Notes under the pieces: generated by a model | The model's input: the letters and a program-made list of their open reading frames with translations, nothing else | Database searches by the model: none | Told to the model about the DNA's origin: nothing | Virus record (IMG/VR): IMGVR_UViG_3300020118_000164 | Span: 29,368 to 93,367 of that record | Origin: a virus | DNA: 64,000 nucleotides | Direction: 5' to 3' (one strand) | Position numbers and translations under genes: made by a program | Shown: positions 8,444 through 17,672 of the stretch, piece after piece | How positions within the stretch are numbered: position 1 is the stretch's first letter | Layout: each line of letters opens with the position of its first letter

Positions 8444-8656
8444 ATGAATGCCAGGTTCAGGTTTGAGAATGAGGTCGGCGCCGATGTCTACGCAGGGGCG
8501 ATCCCGATCGGCGACACCCTTCGCCCCGGAGAGTACGTAATGCTTCGGATCGATTGCGGGTTGGAGGATGAACACACCGAGACGATGGTTCCGATGCGCA
8601 AGGCAGAGGCCCGCGCACTCGCCAGCGCCATCATGGGCGTGGCGGCGGAGCTGTGA
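8444..8656 (+). CDS. Hypothetical protein
   Basis: GAGGAGG RBS; GTGA overlap with the next gene. Confidence 0.6.
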   Translation: MNARFRFENEVGADVYAGAIPIGDTLRPGEYVMLRIDCGLEDEHTETMVPMRKAEARALASAIMGVAAEL

Positions 8657-8904
8657 AGCCGGTCCCCTTCAGGCAGTCCAACGGCACACTCGCGGGCGGC
8701 CCGGCCTCAGCGTTCGGCGCAGATCTCGACGTCGTAGACCTGCCCGTCTACCGAGACGGCAAGGAGATCATCTCCTGTTGGCGGCCATCCTGGCGGGAGC
8801 GACTGTCGATCCTCCTCCGTGGCCGGGTATGGCTCCTGGTCGTGACGCCTACCACTCACCCGCCCGTCTTCTTGGACGGCGGTCATGTATTCGAGGAGGA
8901 CTGA
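8653..8904 (+). CDS. Conserved phage hypothetical protein
   Basis: DLPV..DG...ISCW.PS..ERL..L..G.VWL...HPPV pattern. Confidence 0.65.
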   Translation: MKPVPFRQSNGTLAGGPASAFGADLDVVDLPVYRDGKEIISCWRPSWRERLSILLRGRVWLLVVTPTTHPPVFLDGGHVFEED

Positions 8905-8907
8905 ACC

Positions 8908-9105
8908 ATGAGCAAACAAGGCGACCTCGCGCTAAGGGTCATAGAGCACGAGGATGAATCCGCGCAGCCCGGACTGACATCCGAATCGCGCGCGACCGCA
9001 CTCTCCGAGCGGAACCGGGCCTACCGCGAGCTGAAGCGCATGGTGGGCGGCATCGTACGGGCGGATCAGTGTCTGGACCGAGCGCGCCGCCTCCGGGCAT
9101 GCTAG
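8908..9105 (+). CDS. Hypothetical protein
   Basis: GAGGAGG RBS. Confidence 0.5.
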   Translation: MSKQGDLALRVIEHEDESAQPGLTSESRATALSERNRAYRELKRMVGGIVRADQCLDRARRLRAC

Positions 9106-9128
9106 ACTAGAGGGCGGACTCCTGTGGG

Positions 9129-9500
9129 ATGCCCGCCCTAACCAACGCTGGAGATACGCTTGCCCTGACGCTCGTGCAGGGCATCTCGTTTTCCCTTGAC
9201 CTCGCACTTCGCCAACCCGACCGCACCACGCCGATAGACCTGAGCGGCGCGACGCTCTCGGCGATTGCGGGTGATTACCCGTTCACGGTCGCCGTCACCG
9301 ATCCGACGTCTGGCGCGTTCACCTTATCCCTCCTGCCATCAGAGACGCAGGCTCTCCGCGCCACGCGGCGCTACGGCGAGGCCCTCGTCGCCCTCGGCCT
9401 AGAGTTCGACCTTCGCATCACATGGCCAAGCGGTGAGGTGGAGTCCCTCGCTCGCGGCAGGGTAGATGTTGAGTCGTGGTCGCCGCCGGTGACGCCGTGA
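9129..9500 (+). CDS. Ig-like virion adaptor protein (BppU-N-like)
   Basis: QG.SF...PIDLSGAT...G.FTLSL...T...FDL.I...G.V..L.RG.V.V pattern. Confidence 0.6.
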   Translation: MPALTNAGDTLALTLVQGISFSLDLALRQPDRTTPIDLSGATLSAIAGDYPFTVAVTDPTSGAFTLSLLPSETQALRATRRYGEALVALGLEFDLRITWPSGEVESLARGRVDVESWSPPVTP

Positions 9501-9946
9501 GCCTGCCGATCCTCATAGTCCGGCCGACCTCACCGTCTCTGGTGCTGGAGGTCGGCATCCCTGGGCCGCCGGGACCGACTGGCGCGGCAGGGGTCGCGGC
9601 CGGAGCGGCTGTGCGGGTAGAGCAGACGGCCCACGGGTTGAGTGTCAAGGACTGGATTGCTTTCGACGGCACGTCATGGGTACTGGCGCAGGCCACCATC
9701 GGCGGGCTGCGTTGCGACGGCGTCGTGGCGGAGGTAACAGACGCCGACACCTTCGGTTTTGTACCCGCGGGAGTCACCGACTTCGGCCTACCCCACGGCT
9801 ACTCACTTGGCCCCCTTTACCTCTCGCAGGACACGGCCGGAACCGTCACGTCAACGGCACCCGTGGGCGGCATGAGTCAACGCGTCGCTACGGCAATCTC
9901 CGCGACTCGCATCATTGTGCAGCAGCTCCCGCAGGAGGAGCGCTAA
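9497..9946 (+). CDS. Virion protein with short collagen segment and cement/decoration-like domain
   Basis: GIPGPPGPTGAAG; HGL..GVV..V.D...LYLS..AG..TSTAP. Confidence 0.6.
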   Translation: MSLPILIVRPTSPSLVLEVGIPGPPGPTGAAGVAAGAAVRVEQTAHGLSVKDWIAFDGTSWVLAQATIGGLRCDGVVAEVTDADTFGFVPAGVTDFGLPHGYSLGPLYLSQDTAGTVTSTAPVGGMSQRVATAISATRIIVQQLPQEER

Positions 9947-9949
9947 GCT

Positions 9950-12871
9950 GTGCGGTGCCTCTCGTTTCTGCTCGCCGCCGGATTGCTCTGCGGAGCCGCG
10001 GTCCTACCCGCCCAAGTGATTCAGATCCCGCCGCGTGGAACTGTCGCGCAGCTCCCGGCTCCGAGTTCGGCGCTAAAGGGCCGCATCCGCTCCGTCACGG
10101 ACGGCGCAACGGCCACGGACTGCACGGCTGGCGGCGGTTCCTACGCCGTCCTGTGCATCGACACCGGAACTGCATGGACTGTAGGCGCGGTTGGCCCGAC
10201 AGGGGCGCCTGGTGCGCCAGGAGCGACGGGTACCGCGGGGGCGGACGGTAAGACCGTGCGCAGCGGTATCGGCGCGCCGTCGTCCGGCCTTGGAGTGGAC
10301 GGCGACTTCTATATCGACACCGCGAGCAGTTCAATCTACGGGCCAAAGACGGCCGGGGCGTGGGGCTCGTCTACGCTTCTGATAGGACCGCCCGGCGCCA
10401 CGGGAAGCACTGGCGCCGCCGGCGCTACGGGGGCCGCAGGCGCCAACGGCTCGACATGGTACACGGGCAGTGGCGCGCCTTCGAACGGCACGGGAGTAAA
10501 CGGCGACTACTACTTCCGAAGCTCGACGGGCGAGGTCTACACCAAGACCGCCGGCTCTTGGGGATCTCCGATCGCCAGTCTAATCGGACCGACAGGCGCC
10601 GCTGGGTCGCCGGGAGCTACGGGTGCAACGGGGCCGCAGGGTCCGCCGGGTCCGGCGCCGAGCGGAGCGGCAAACCAAGTGCTGGCGACGCCCGATGGCG
10701 CCCCCGGAACGGCAGTCCTGCGCCCCTTGGTGGCGGCCGACGTGCCGACCCTGAATCAATCCACGAACGGCAACGCAGCGACCAGCTCGGATGGGCTCAC
10801 GAGCGCGACAGGGACCGCCCCGCTGACCCTCTTGCTCAACAGCAAGGCGCTGATCGGGTCTATCTTGATCACCCCCGCCAATCCTGGCGGCGCCGTGGCA
10901 CTTCAGGCTTCGACTCCGGGCTCGACGCAGACCGGCAACTTAAACATCTCTGGCGCGGGCCTGTTCGGCGGCCCTCTCTCCGGCTCCAACCTCTCCGGCA
11001 CCAACACCGGAGATCAGACGATTACCGGAACAGGTGACGTCACGGGCTCAGGCACGGGCTCAATCGCCTGGACGATCGCCAGCGGGGCCGTCACTCTCGC
11101 AAAGATGGCAAACATGGCCACCGCATCATTTCTTGGGCGCAACACGGCCGGCACCGGAGCGCCGGAGGTTCTCGGCACTGCCACAGTGAAAACCATGCTT
11201 GGTCTCTCCGGCACCAACTCAGGAGACCAGGTAGTACCCGCAACCACGACCGGGACGGCGAGCAATTGGTTCAGCGCCTATGACGCGACGACGGGGGCGT
11301 TCACGAAGTCCCGCCCATCCTGCGCCGATCTCTCCAATGCCGCCGCGAGCTGTGCCACGGATGCCACGAACGCGACGAACCTCAGCTCAGGGACGATCCC
11401 GGCCGGCCGCATGCCAGCGTTCGCCGGCGACATGATGACTTCTGCGGGCTCCCTCGCCACGACGGTCGGCAAGATAAACGGCGTGTCCCTTGCCGGGCTC
11501 GCGACGGGCATTCTCAAAAACACCACAACTACCGGCTTTCCGAGCATTGCCGTCGCCGGCGACTTCCCCACTCTTAACCAGAACACGAACGGCAGCGCGG
11601 CGACGCTAAGCACGCCGCGTGCGATCTACGGCAACAACTTCGACGGGAGCGCGGCGCTCGCCCAGGTCATCGCCTCAACCTACGGCGGCACCGGCAACGG
11701 CTTCGCGAAGTTCAGCGGGCCGGCTTCCACGGAGAAGACGTTCACCTTGCCGAACGCGTCGGCGGCGGTCCTCACCGACAACGCTGCCGTGACGGTAGCG
11801 CAGGGGGGCACCGGCGTGGGCGCCATCGCGGCCCATGGCGTCGTCATCGGCAACGGTACCTCCGCCGTCAACGTCACCGGCGCCGGCACCGCTGGCCAAG
11901 TGCTGACGTCGAACGGCGCCGCGGCTGACCCGACCTTCCAGGCGGCGGCTGGCGGCCTCGCGAATCCCCTGGCGGCTGGGAGTCTCTCCTCTATGCCTCT
12001 CCAGGTTGTGCAGGCGGGGACGGGCCTCTACCAGCCGGCGACGAACGTGCTCGGTCTGGGAGCGAACGCTGTTGACGTGATGCGCCTAAACTACCTCGCA
12101 TCGGCCGTTGATTACTTCAACTTCACTCCCGCCGCTACGGCGAGCCCAGCGACGATCACGATTGCCGCGGCCGGTTCCGATTCCAACATCAACATTCGCC
12201 TCGCACCTAAAGGCACCGGCGGCACCGACCTCCAGGATATCTCCGCCAGCGCACAACGCCTCTATTTCGACCGCTCAACGAGCGGTGCGCCGGTCGTGTT
12301 CCGGAACGGTGCCGCGCTGGTGATTCAGGACAATGATGGCACCTATACCAACTCGACCTTGCAGGCCGGACCCTATGCCCAGCAAGGCGGCGCCGCGAGT
12401 CTCTTCAGGGGAGTGCAGATCGGCAACGGGTTTCAGCTCAACATCTCAGACGGTACGGACTACAATCGCGGCCTCGCCGCTGTAACCGGCGCGACAGGAC
12501 TGCGCTCAACGGATGGCAGCACAGGCGTCGGCTTCATCGCGTCATCGCGGCAGCGATTGACGAAGACCGCCGCCTATACGGTGCTCGCGACGGACAGCGG
12601 CGCGGTCTTCAACAACCTGGGGGCGGCGGGCCAGGTCATACTCACGTTGCCTGCTTGCGGGGCCGTCGGGCTGGCCTATGCCTTCGTCGTCGCTACGGCC
12701 CAAAATCTCCAGGTGCTCGCCGTAGGGTCAGACAAGATCTATGACGGCAATACGGCATCAGCGGCGGCGGGTCACATGGACTCCTCCTCGATCGGCACCC
12801 GCATGGACTTCATCTGTGCATCCACCAACTTGTGGTCAACCGTCGTAAGTGGTACCCACACCATAACGTAG
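9950..12871 (+). CDS. Collagen-containing fibre protein with N-terminal signal peptide
   Basis: Gly-X-Y tracts, two GAPS..GV.GD.Y..KTAG.WGS repeats, Gly/Thr/Ala-rich fibre repeats; MRCLSFLLAAGLLCGAAVLPA N-terminus. Confidence 0.8.
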   Translation: MRCLSFLLAAGLLCGAAVLPAQVIQIPPRGTVAQLPAPSSALKGRIRSVTDGATATDCTAGGGSYAVLCIDTGTAWTVGAVGPTGAPGAPGATGTAGADGKTVRSGIGAPSSGLGVDGDFYIDTASSSIYGPKTAGAWGSSTLLIGPPGATGSTGAAGATGAAGANGSTWYTGSGAPSNGTGVNGDYYFRSSTGEVYTKTAGSWGSPIASLIGPTGAAGSPGATGATGPQGPPGPAPSGAANQVLATPDGAPGTAVLRPLVAADVPTLNQSTNGNAATSSDGLTSATGTAPLTLLLNSKALIGSILITPANPGGAVALQASTPGSTQTGNLNISGAGLFGGPLSGSNLSGTNTGDQTITGTGDVTGSGTGSIAWTIASGAVTLAKMANMATASFLGRNTAGTGAPEVLGTATVKTMLGLSGTNSGDQVVPATTTGTASNWFSAYDATTGAFTKSRPSCADLSNAAASCATDATNATNLSSGTIPAGRMPAFAGDMMTSAGSLATTVGKINGVSLAGLATGILKNTTTTGFPSIAVAGDFPTLNQNTNGSAATLSTPRAIYGNNFDGSAALAQVIASTYGGTGNGFAKFSGPASTEKTFTLPNASAAVLTDNAAVTVAQGGTGVGAIAAHGVVIGNGTSAVNVTGAGTAGQVLTSNGAAADPTFQAAAGGLANPLAAGSLSSMPLQVVQAGTGLYQPATNVLGLGANAVDVMRLNYLASAVDYFNFTPAATASPATITIAAAGSDSNINIRLAPKGTGGTDLQDISASAQRLYFDRSTSGAPVVFRNGAALVIQDNDGTYTNSTLQAGPYAQQGGAASLFRGVQIGNGFQLNISDGTDYNRGLAAVTGATGLRSTDGSTGVGFIASSRQRLTKTAAYTVLATDSGAVFNNLGAAGQVILTLPACGAVGLAYAFVVATAQNLQVLAVGSDKIYDGNTASAAAGHMDSSSIGTRMDFICASTNLWSTVVSGTHTIT

Positions 12872-12885
12872 AGGAGCGAGGGTCC

Positions 12886-13278
12886 ATGCGCCAACTCACC
12901 GCCTTACTCACCATGCTAATGACCCTCGCCAGTCCCGCGGTCGCGGCCGTCCGGCCTTGCACCTCTGCGCTGGTGACCGCAGGGCTCTGCAATAGTACCA
13001 GCGACGTTCTCGTGAGCTACTCCCTCAGCACCGTAGACCCTGACGGTGCCGGCCCCCGAGTCGCCATGGCCACCCAGTTCTCCGAGGGCTGCGCCATCAC
13101 CTTCGACTACCAGGCCATAATCAACGGCGTAGCGAACCCGGAGACCAAGAGCGCCTTCTGTGACCGGGTGATGAAGTCGGTACTATTCAAGAGTTTTGCC
13201 GATCGCTACTACAACGCGCTCGCCGAAGCCACGAAGCAGCAGACGATCGTCGCGACGCCGGCGGACATCGTGCCGTAG
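12886..13278 (+). CDS. Secreted Cys-containing protein of the fibre module
   Basis: GAGGAG RBS; MRQLTALLTMLMTLASPAVA signal; 4 Cys. Confidence 0.65.
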   Translation: MRQLTALLTMLMTLASPAVAAVRPCTSALVTAGLCNSTSDVLVSYSLSTVDPDGAGPRVAMATQFSEGCAITFDYQAIINGVANPETKSAFCDRVMKSVLFKSFADRYYNALAEATKQQTIVATPADIVP

Positions 13279-13281
13279 CGC

Positions 13282-13310
13282 TTGACGCTCGCCGCGCACC
13301 ATGCTATGGT
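13282..13310 (+). promoter_or_regulatory. Promoter TTGACG-N17-TATGGT with operator A (13298-13310)
   Basis: Operator overlaps the -10; ATG at 13317. Confidence 0.75.
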
Positions 13311-13316
13311 ATGTCC

Positions 13317-13580
13317 ATGACAACCACCGAGACGCCCCGCAGCTCCTGGATATCCAGCTTCTCCTACCGGAACGGCTTCCTCGCCGTGTTCACCCGGCAA
13401 GGCCCGGTGCTCCTCCACGGCGACGTTCCGCCCCACGTGCCGGGGCTCTTGAAGGCCGGCACCGGCCGCCGCTCCGTGGGCCTCGCCTACACCCGCCTGG
13501 TCAAGGGCCGGTATCCCTACCAGCGGGTAGAGGGTGAGCGGGTGCTGGAGCTGCGGAGGCTGATGGCACTGAGCCGATGA
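13317..13580 (+). CDS. KTSC-domain protein
   Basis: SSWISSFSY..FLAVF..G..DVPPHV..LLKA..SVGLAY..LVKGRYPYQRV fits the KTSC pattern. Confidence 0.7.
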   Translation: MTTTETPRSSWISSFSYRNGFLAVFTRQGPVLLHGDVPPHVPGLLKAGTGRRSVGLAYTRLVKGRYPYQRVEGERVLELRRLMALSR

Positions 13581-14110
13581 AGATCTGGAGCTACGGCATC
13601 AATTCGCGCCCCGAGTTCATGGGCGGCTCTATCTACCTTGAAGAGCGTCCATGGTGGCTCGCGCTCACGGAGTGGTTTGCCTTCTGGGTAGATTGGCGAT
13701 GGCTCTCCAAGATTAGGCTCCCGGACTGGCCGCAGGTCGCATGGAAGGATGCGGACGCGCCCTGCTCGCCGCGTGAGTGGTGGGGCGACCTCGGCCAAAT
13801 GGTGTTCTCGTACGTCACGCAGCCCCTCTTTCAGTGGGCCTACATGCACCCGCGCAATCGGCGCACTGAGGTCGATCTCGGTTATCAGCGCGTGCGGGAG
13901 ATCTTCTACACCCAGGACCGCGAGTTCTTCGATGAGCACGAGGCGGCGGCGATGGATGATCTGATGATGGAGGAAACGACCAACTGCCCGCAGTGCGGCT
14001 ATCCCGACCACGCGGAGGGAGGCCCGTACAAAGGCATCTACACACCCGGAGAGCGCTGCACCTTCTGCGGCTACCTGGACGGAGAGGTGACCGCTGATGC
14101 ATCCGCCTGA
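13577..14110 (+). CDS. Hypothetical protein with C-terminal Zn ribbon
   Basis: CPQCG and CTFCG; ATGA overlap. Confidence 0.55.
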   Translation: MKIWSYGINSRPEFMGGSIYLEERPWWLALTEWFAFWVDWRWLSKIRLPDWPQVAWKDADAPCSPREWWGDLGQMVFSYVTQPLFQWAYMHPRNRRTEVDLGYQRVREIFYTQDREFFDEHEAAAMDDLMMEETTNCPQCGYPDHAEGGPYKGIYTPGERCTFCGYLDGEVTADASA

Positions 14111-14777
14111 CCCGCTCGCCCTTTGCGACAACCTGGATTGCGAGGTTCGGCCTCACTACACCAACTGCTCGGGCTGCTTCGGCTTTGGAGTGAGTGAGGG
14201 CGGCGCGCCGATTCCGGCCTGTCATTTGCCAACAGTCTGGTACCCATGGCTCCCCTGCCCCGTCTGCGGGAGCACGCCAAAGGGAGCGCCGGTCGCCCTC
14301 ATAGAGGAGGCGACTGCCGGTTCAATCGCTCTATGGGATGCCGCGACCGCCGCCAGCTCCGATTCAAGTAAGGCGGAGCGGCTGAGCGCACCAATGAATC
14401 CGAAATCCGGCCCGATCGGAGAGACGATGAGCCGGATGCGATGGGAGGACGGCACCATACCGACCGATGGTGAGCTGCGCCTTTTGACCGCATTGGCGAA
14501 TGGTCGGTATGCCCCGCTTTTGGCAACAGAGCACGCCAAGAACCATCTAGCCGCGCTGGGGTTTGTGATCTTGACGAACTACGGAGAGGGGTGCGAGCTG
14601 ACGCGCGCGGGAGCCGTTGCGGGCTTGCAGGCGCTACGCGGGAGAACGCTCTGCTACCCGCTGTGCGCTTGCGGCCACCGCCAAGACTCCCACCGCGACG
14701 CGTGCGATCCAAGGGGCGGAGGATGCTGGGAATGCGCCTCCTGCGTCGGCTATCGGCCGAGCGGTGATCTAGGCTAA
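14097..14777 (+). CDS. Cys-rich hypothetical protein
   Basis: Several CxxC; overlaps neighbour. Confidence 0.45.
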   Translation: MHPPDPLALCDNLDCEVRPHYTNCSGCFGFGVSEGGAPIPACHLPTVWYPWLPCPVCGSTPKGAPVALIEEATAGSIALWDAATAASSDSSKAERLSAPMNPKSGPIGETMSRMRWEDGTIPTDGELRLLTALANGRYAPLLATEHAKNHLAALGFVILTNYGEGCELTRAGAVAGLQALRGRTLCYPLCACGHRQDSHRDACDPRGGGCWECASCVGYRPSGDLG

Positions 14778-14785
14778 CCATCTGC

Positions 14786-15427
14786 ATGGAGATCCTCGGT
14801 CGCCCCTTCCCGCCTGGTGCTCTCCTAGAGAGCCTAGCCGTCGAATTCGAGCCAGATGAAGCGCTCGCCAACTGGATAGTCGCCACCTTCATCGACGCAG
14901 GCTCCCCGCTCTACAACCCTGAGCATGACCACTTAGCCGGCGCTCGGATCGGCGCGCTCTGGACGAACGTCGAGAACGTCCGCGGCCAGCGGCGCATCGC
15001 GGCCATGGCGGAGAAGCCGATGCCGCCTGCAACCGGCGGCAAATGGGCACGCGCCCGTTGGGAGCATCAGGTCGTCGGATGGTTCGGAGAGATCCCGGAC
15101 TTCATTCTGACCTTCGATGCCATGCTCGCGGTCGAAGCACCGGACCTCTCGTGGTGCTGCCTATGTGAGCACGAGCTCCATCATTGCGGACAGGCGTGCG
15201 ATGAGTACGGCGCCCCGAAGTTTCACAGCGCCAAGGCCGGCGGCGGTCCAATCTTCGCGATCGTTGGCCACGACGTAGAGGTGCATATCGCAGATGTGCG
15301 CCGCTACGGAATCGCGGGCGCGCCCGGCCGAGTGGCTGATTTGATTGCCGCAGCGAGCCTTCCGCCCGAGATCGGAGCTGCTGACTGTGCTATGGTATGC
15401 GGGACATGCGCGAGGATGACGGCGTGA
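14786..15427 (+). CDS. Putative phage metallopeptidase
   Basis: L.NPEH.HL..A.IG.LW, WFG.IPDF.LT.DA, EHELHH, GHDVE, VRRYG, terminal CGTC. Confidence 0.8.
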   Translation: MEILGRPFPPGALLESLAVEFEPDEALANWIVATFIDAGSPLYNPEHDHLAGARIGALWTNVENVRGQRRIAAMAEKPMPPATGGKWARARWEHQVVGWFGEIPDFILTFDAMLAVEAPDLSWCCLCEHELHHCGQACDEYGAPKFHSAKAGGGPIFAIVGHDVEVHIADVRRYGIAGAPGRVADLIAAASLPPEIGAADCAMVCGTCARMTA

Positions 15428-16077
15428 GCGATGCGCCAGAGATTGACTGCAAGGTAGTTCCGTTCGCGCCTCGCTCCGCCAGCCTGCGAGTTGACCGCGA
15501 ATCAGTCCCGCGCGGGGCATGCACGCATGAGAACGTTGAAATCCGCCAGCGCCCGCGTCGGCTACGCTGCATAGATTGCCGTAGGGCCGTAGATCCTTTC
15601 GAGTACATCCTTGGACTTGCAGAGCGGTGGGATCGCCTCTTCCCCAAGAATGAGGCCGCGCGCGAGCTAGAGATGGCGCTCAACACGACGCTCGCCGCAC
15701 ACGGCAGCGTTATCATCAACGATTCCGGCGTCACCGCCCGGCGCCTCACTGACCACGGGATGAAGTTGGAGGCTCATGAAGCATGGGGCTTCCAGTCTTG
15801 GCACGGAGGAGCGGCGGCAACCATCATCGGCGCTGTCAAGAAGCTCGATTTTGACGCCGCGAGGTGGGGGAGCGGTCCCGTCGTCTATCCGCGGATGACC
15901 ATAGAAAAGGTGCGGGGGGAGAAGCGCTGGCGAGTAGGAGTGCTGACCTCGGGTGGTTGGGGTTTGGAGGGCGAGGCCACGTCCATAAACCAAGCCTACG
16001 ATCTCGCGAGGGCGAGGGCTGCCGAGATGGGCAAGCCATGCATTATCGAGGACCGGCCTAAGAGGCTCTGGAGATAG
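15424..16077 (+). CDS. Hypothetical protein (CxH..CxxC, VDPFEY motif)
   Basis: GTGA overlap; Zn-binding motif. Confidence 0.55.
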   Translation: MSDAPEIDCKVVPFAPRSASLRVDRESVPRGACTHENVEIRQRPRRLRCIDCRRAVDPFEYILGLAERWDRLFPKNEAARELEMALNTTLAAHGSVIINDSGVTARRLTDHGMKLEAHEAWGFQSWHGGAAATIIGAVKKLDFDAARWGSGPVVYPRMTIEKVRGEKRWRVGVLTSGGWGLEGEATSINQAYDLARARAAEMGKPCIIEDRPKRLWR

Positions 16078-16085
16078 TCCTCGCC

Positions 16086-16797
16086 ATGTGGACAGAAGAC
16101 AGCCCCTATCCCGTCAAGCCGATACACCGGGCGAAGCACATCCGGGCTGACGGAGCGGTGTCGGCTCTCTGTTTCGCGGCGCCGCGCAAGATCAACCTCC
16201 GCCAGGCGACATGGACGCTCAGGGATGACGCCGTGACCTGCCCCAAGTGCCGGGAGGCGATGGCGAAGTGATCCCGTCCCACGGCAGCCCCAAGATCTGC
16301 GCCTTCTGTGAATACTTCGATGGCGGAGGCGAGCGACTCGTGCAGGCAGCGCGGGAAGGAGCCAAGCTCCTAGGCGACTGCCACTGTCCCCACTCACCGC
16401 GCTTCACGACGGCGAGCGATGACACCTGCAATGAGTTCGTCCTCGATACCTGCCTGCGCGCCGAGGTCGAGGCATGACCCTCCCCGCCTATCCCGCAGAG
16501 GGCCAACTCGTGGCCGTGGCGGGGGAGGAGATCATATGTCCGCAATGCGGCGCGATAGAGGGCTCCTTCACGGCAGACGCATATGGCGCCAAAGGCAGCC
16601 TCTGGCCGGTAGCGTGGTGCGATGACCGCGGCTTCCCGCGTGATGCTACCTGCCGCTTCTGCGAGTCCGCCACGCTAGAGGCTTGCGGCCCGGATGGCTC
16701 GTCAGTCGCAGAGCTAGCGGCCGGCGCGACCCATTTCATCGCCCTCCACATCCGCTCTGGCTCCTGGACTGGCTGGCGCTCCATAGGTGCGGAGTGA
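16086..16797 (+). CDS. Three small coupled Cys-rich ORFs (16086-16271, 16268-16477, 16474-16797)
   Basis: Overlapping start/stop codons; CxxC motifs. Confidence 0.5.
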
Positions 16798-16830
16798 CAG
16801 GCGCGTACCAGGCCACGCCGGGAGGCAGTT

Positions 16831-16870
16831 GTTACCGTTCTACCCAAGGTGTTACCGTTTGACCCAAGTT
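16831..16870 (+). repeat. Tandem 20-bp direct repeat upstream of the small terminase
   Basis: GTTACCGTTCTACCCAAGGT / GTTACCGTTTGACCCAAGTT. Confidence 0.8.
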
Positions 16871-16902
16871 GACAATTAACGCCATATGACAAGAAGTGTC
16901 AC

Positions 16903-17340
16903 ATGCCTGAGCTGACCCCCGAGCAGCGCCTCTTCATCGTCCGCCGGCTCGCCTGTTTCGCCAGCCCTACCCAGGTAGCGGAGGCGGTCAAGGAGGAGTT
17001 CGGCATCGAGGTGGACCGGCGGCACGTCGGCAATTACAGTCTGCGCAACCCCAAGCTGAGCAAGGCGTACCGGGAGGAGGGTGAGGCCACCCGTAAGGAG
17101 TACATCGAGTCCGCCCGCGAGATCGGGATCTCTCACCAGACCTACAGGCTAGAGCAGCTAGGGGAGCTGTACCTGGAGGCGCGGAAGACGCGGAACCGTC
17201 CACTGGCCGTGCAGATCATCGAGACCGCGGCCAAGGAGACTGGCGGGGCCTATACCTCCCGCCGTGACGTGACCCTCACCGACCCGGACGAAGTGCTGGC
17301 GCGCATCCTGGGCGTATCGAAGGACAAGCTGCCGACGTGA
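16903..17340 (+). CDS. DUF2280-family protein, putative terminase small subunit
   Basis: LT.EQ.LFIV..LACF.SP.QVAEAVKEEFGI...YRL..L...AAKETGGAYT. Confidence 0.8.
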   Translation: MPELTPEQRLFIVRRLACFASPTQVAEAVKEEFGIEVDRRHVGNYSLRNPKLSKAYREEGEATRKEYIESAREIGISHQTYRLEQLGELYLEARKTRNRPLAVQIIETAAKETGGAYTSRRDVTLTDPDEVLARILGVSKDKLPT

Positions 17341-17440
17341 GCGCGTTGCGCTGGACAGGGCCGCGCGACGGAGCGGTCTGAGCCTCCCGCGACCGTTGCC
17401 CGGATGCTGATGGTTGCAGCCCTTGAGAGGTTGAGGACAG

Positions 17441-17559
17441 AACGATGAACCGTAGCGTGGCGAAGGTGTCGGTTACTTCTTGGGGAAGCGGAAGCGGGTC
17501 GGCTTCGGCCGGCAGCGCACGACTACCGGCTCCGCTGATTCCCGCCGCGGTCCATCGTT
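17441..17559 (+). ncRNA. Y RNA-like (Yrl) ncRNA, copy 1
   Basis: Terminal stem AACGATGAACCGTAGCG/CGCCGCGGTCCATCGTT; GGCGAAGG motif; inner stem GGTGTCGGT/ACCGGCTCC; TACTTC; cUUCGg hairpin; directly upstream of TROVE gene. Confidence 0.8.
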
Positions 17560-17653
17560 GTGCCCTTCGCGTGGCGAAGGTTGCGGGTACTTCTTTCGGT
17601 AAGAAACCGTCTTCGGACGGACTCCCGTAGCCGCCCATTCCCGGGTAGGGCAC
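17560..17653 (+). ncRNA. Y RNA-like (Yrl) ncRNA, copy 2
   Basis: Terminal stem GTGCCCT/AGGGCAC; GGCGAAGG; inner stem GGTTGCGGG/CCCGTAGCC; TACTTC; CCGTC-TTCG-GACGG hairpin. Confidence 0.8.
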
Positions 17654-17672
17654 TTCAAGTCTGGGGGCGCTC

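Noticed and set aside
15388-15396. Seventh operator-A site (TGCTATGGT)
   Set aside because: Only a half match, inside a coding region, with no -35 in register
17441-17653. CRISPR mini-array or tRNA interpretation of the repeated GTGGCGAAGG..TACTTC motif
   Set aside because: Only two degenerate copies embedded in conserved folds, no cas genes, no T arm or anticodon arm; adjacency to TROVE explains it
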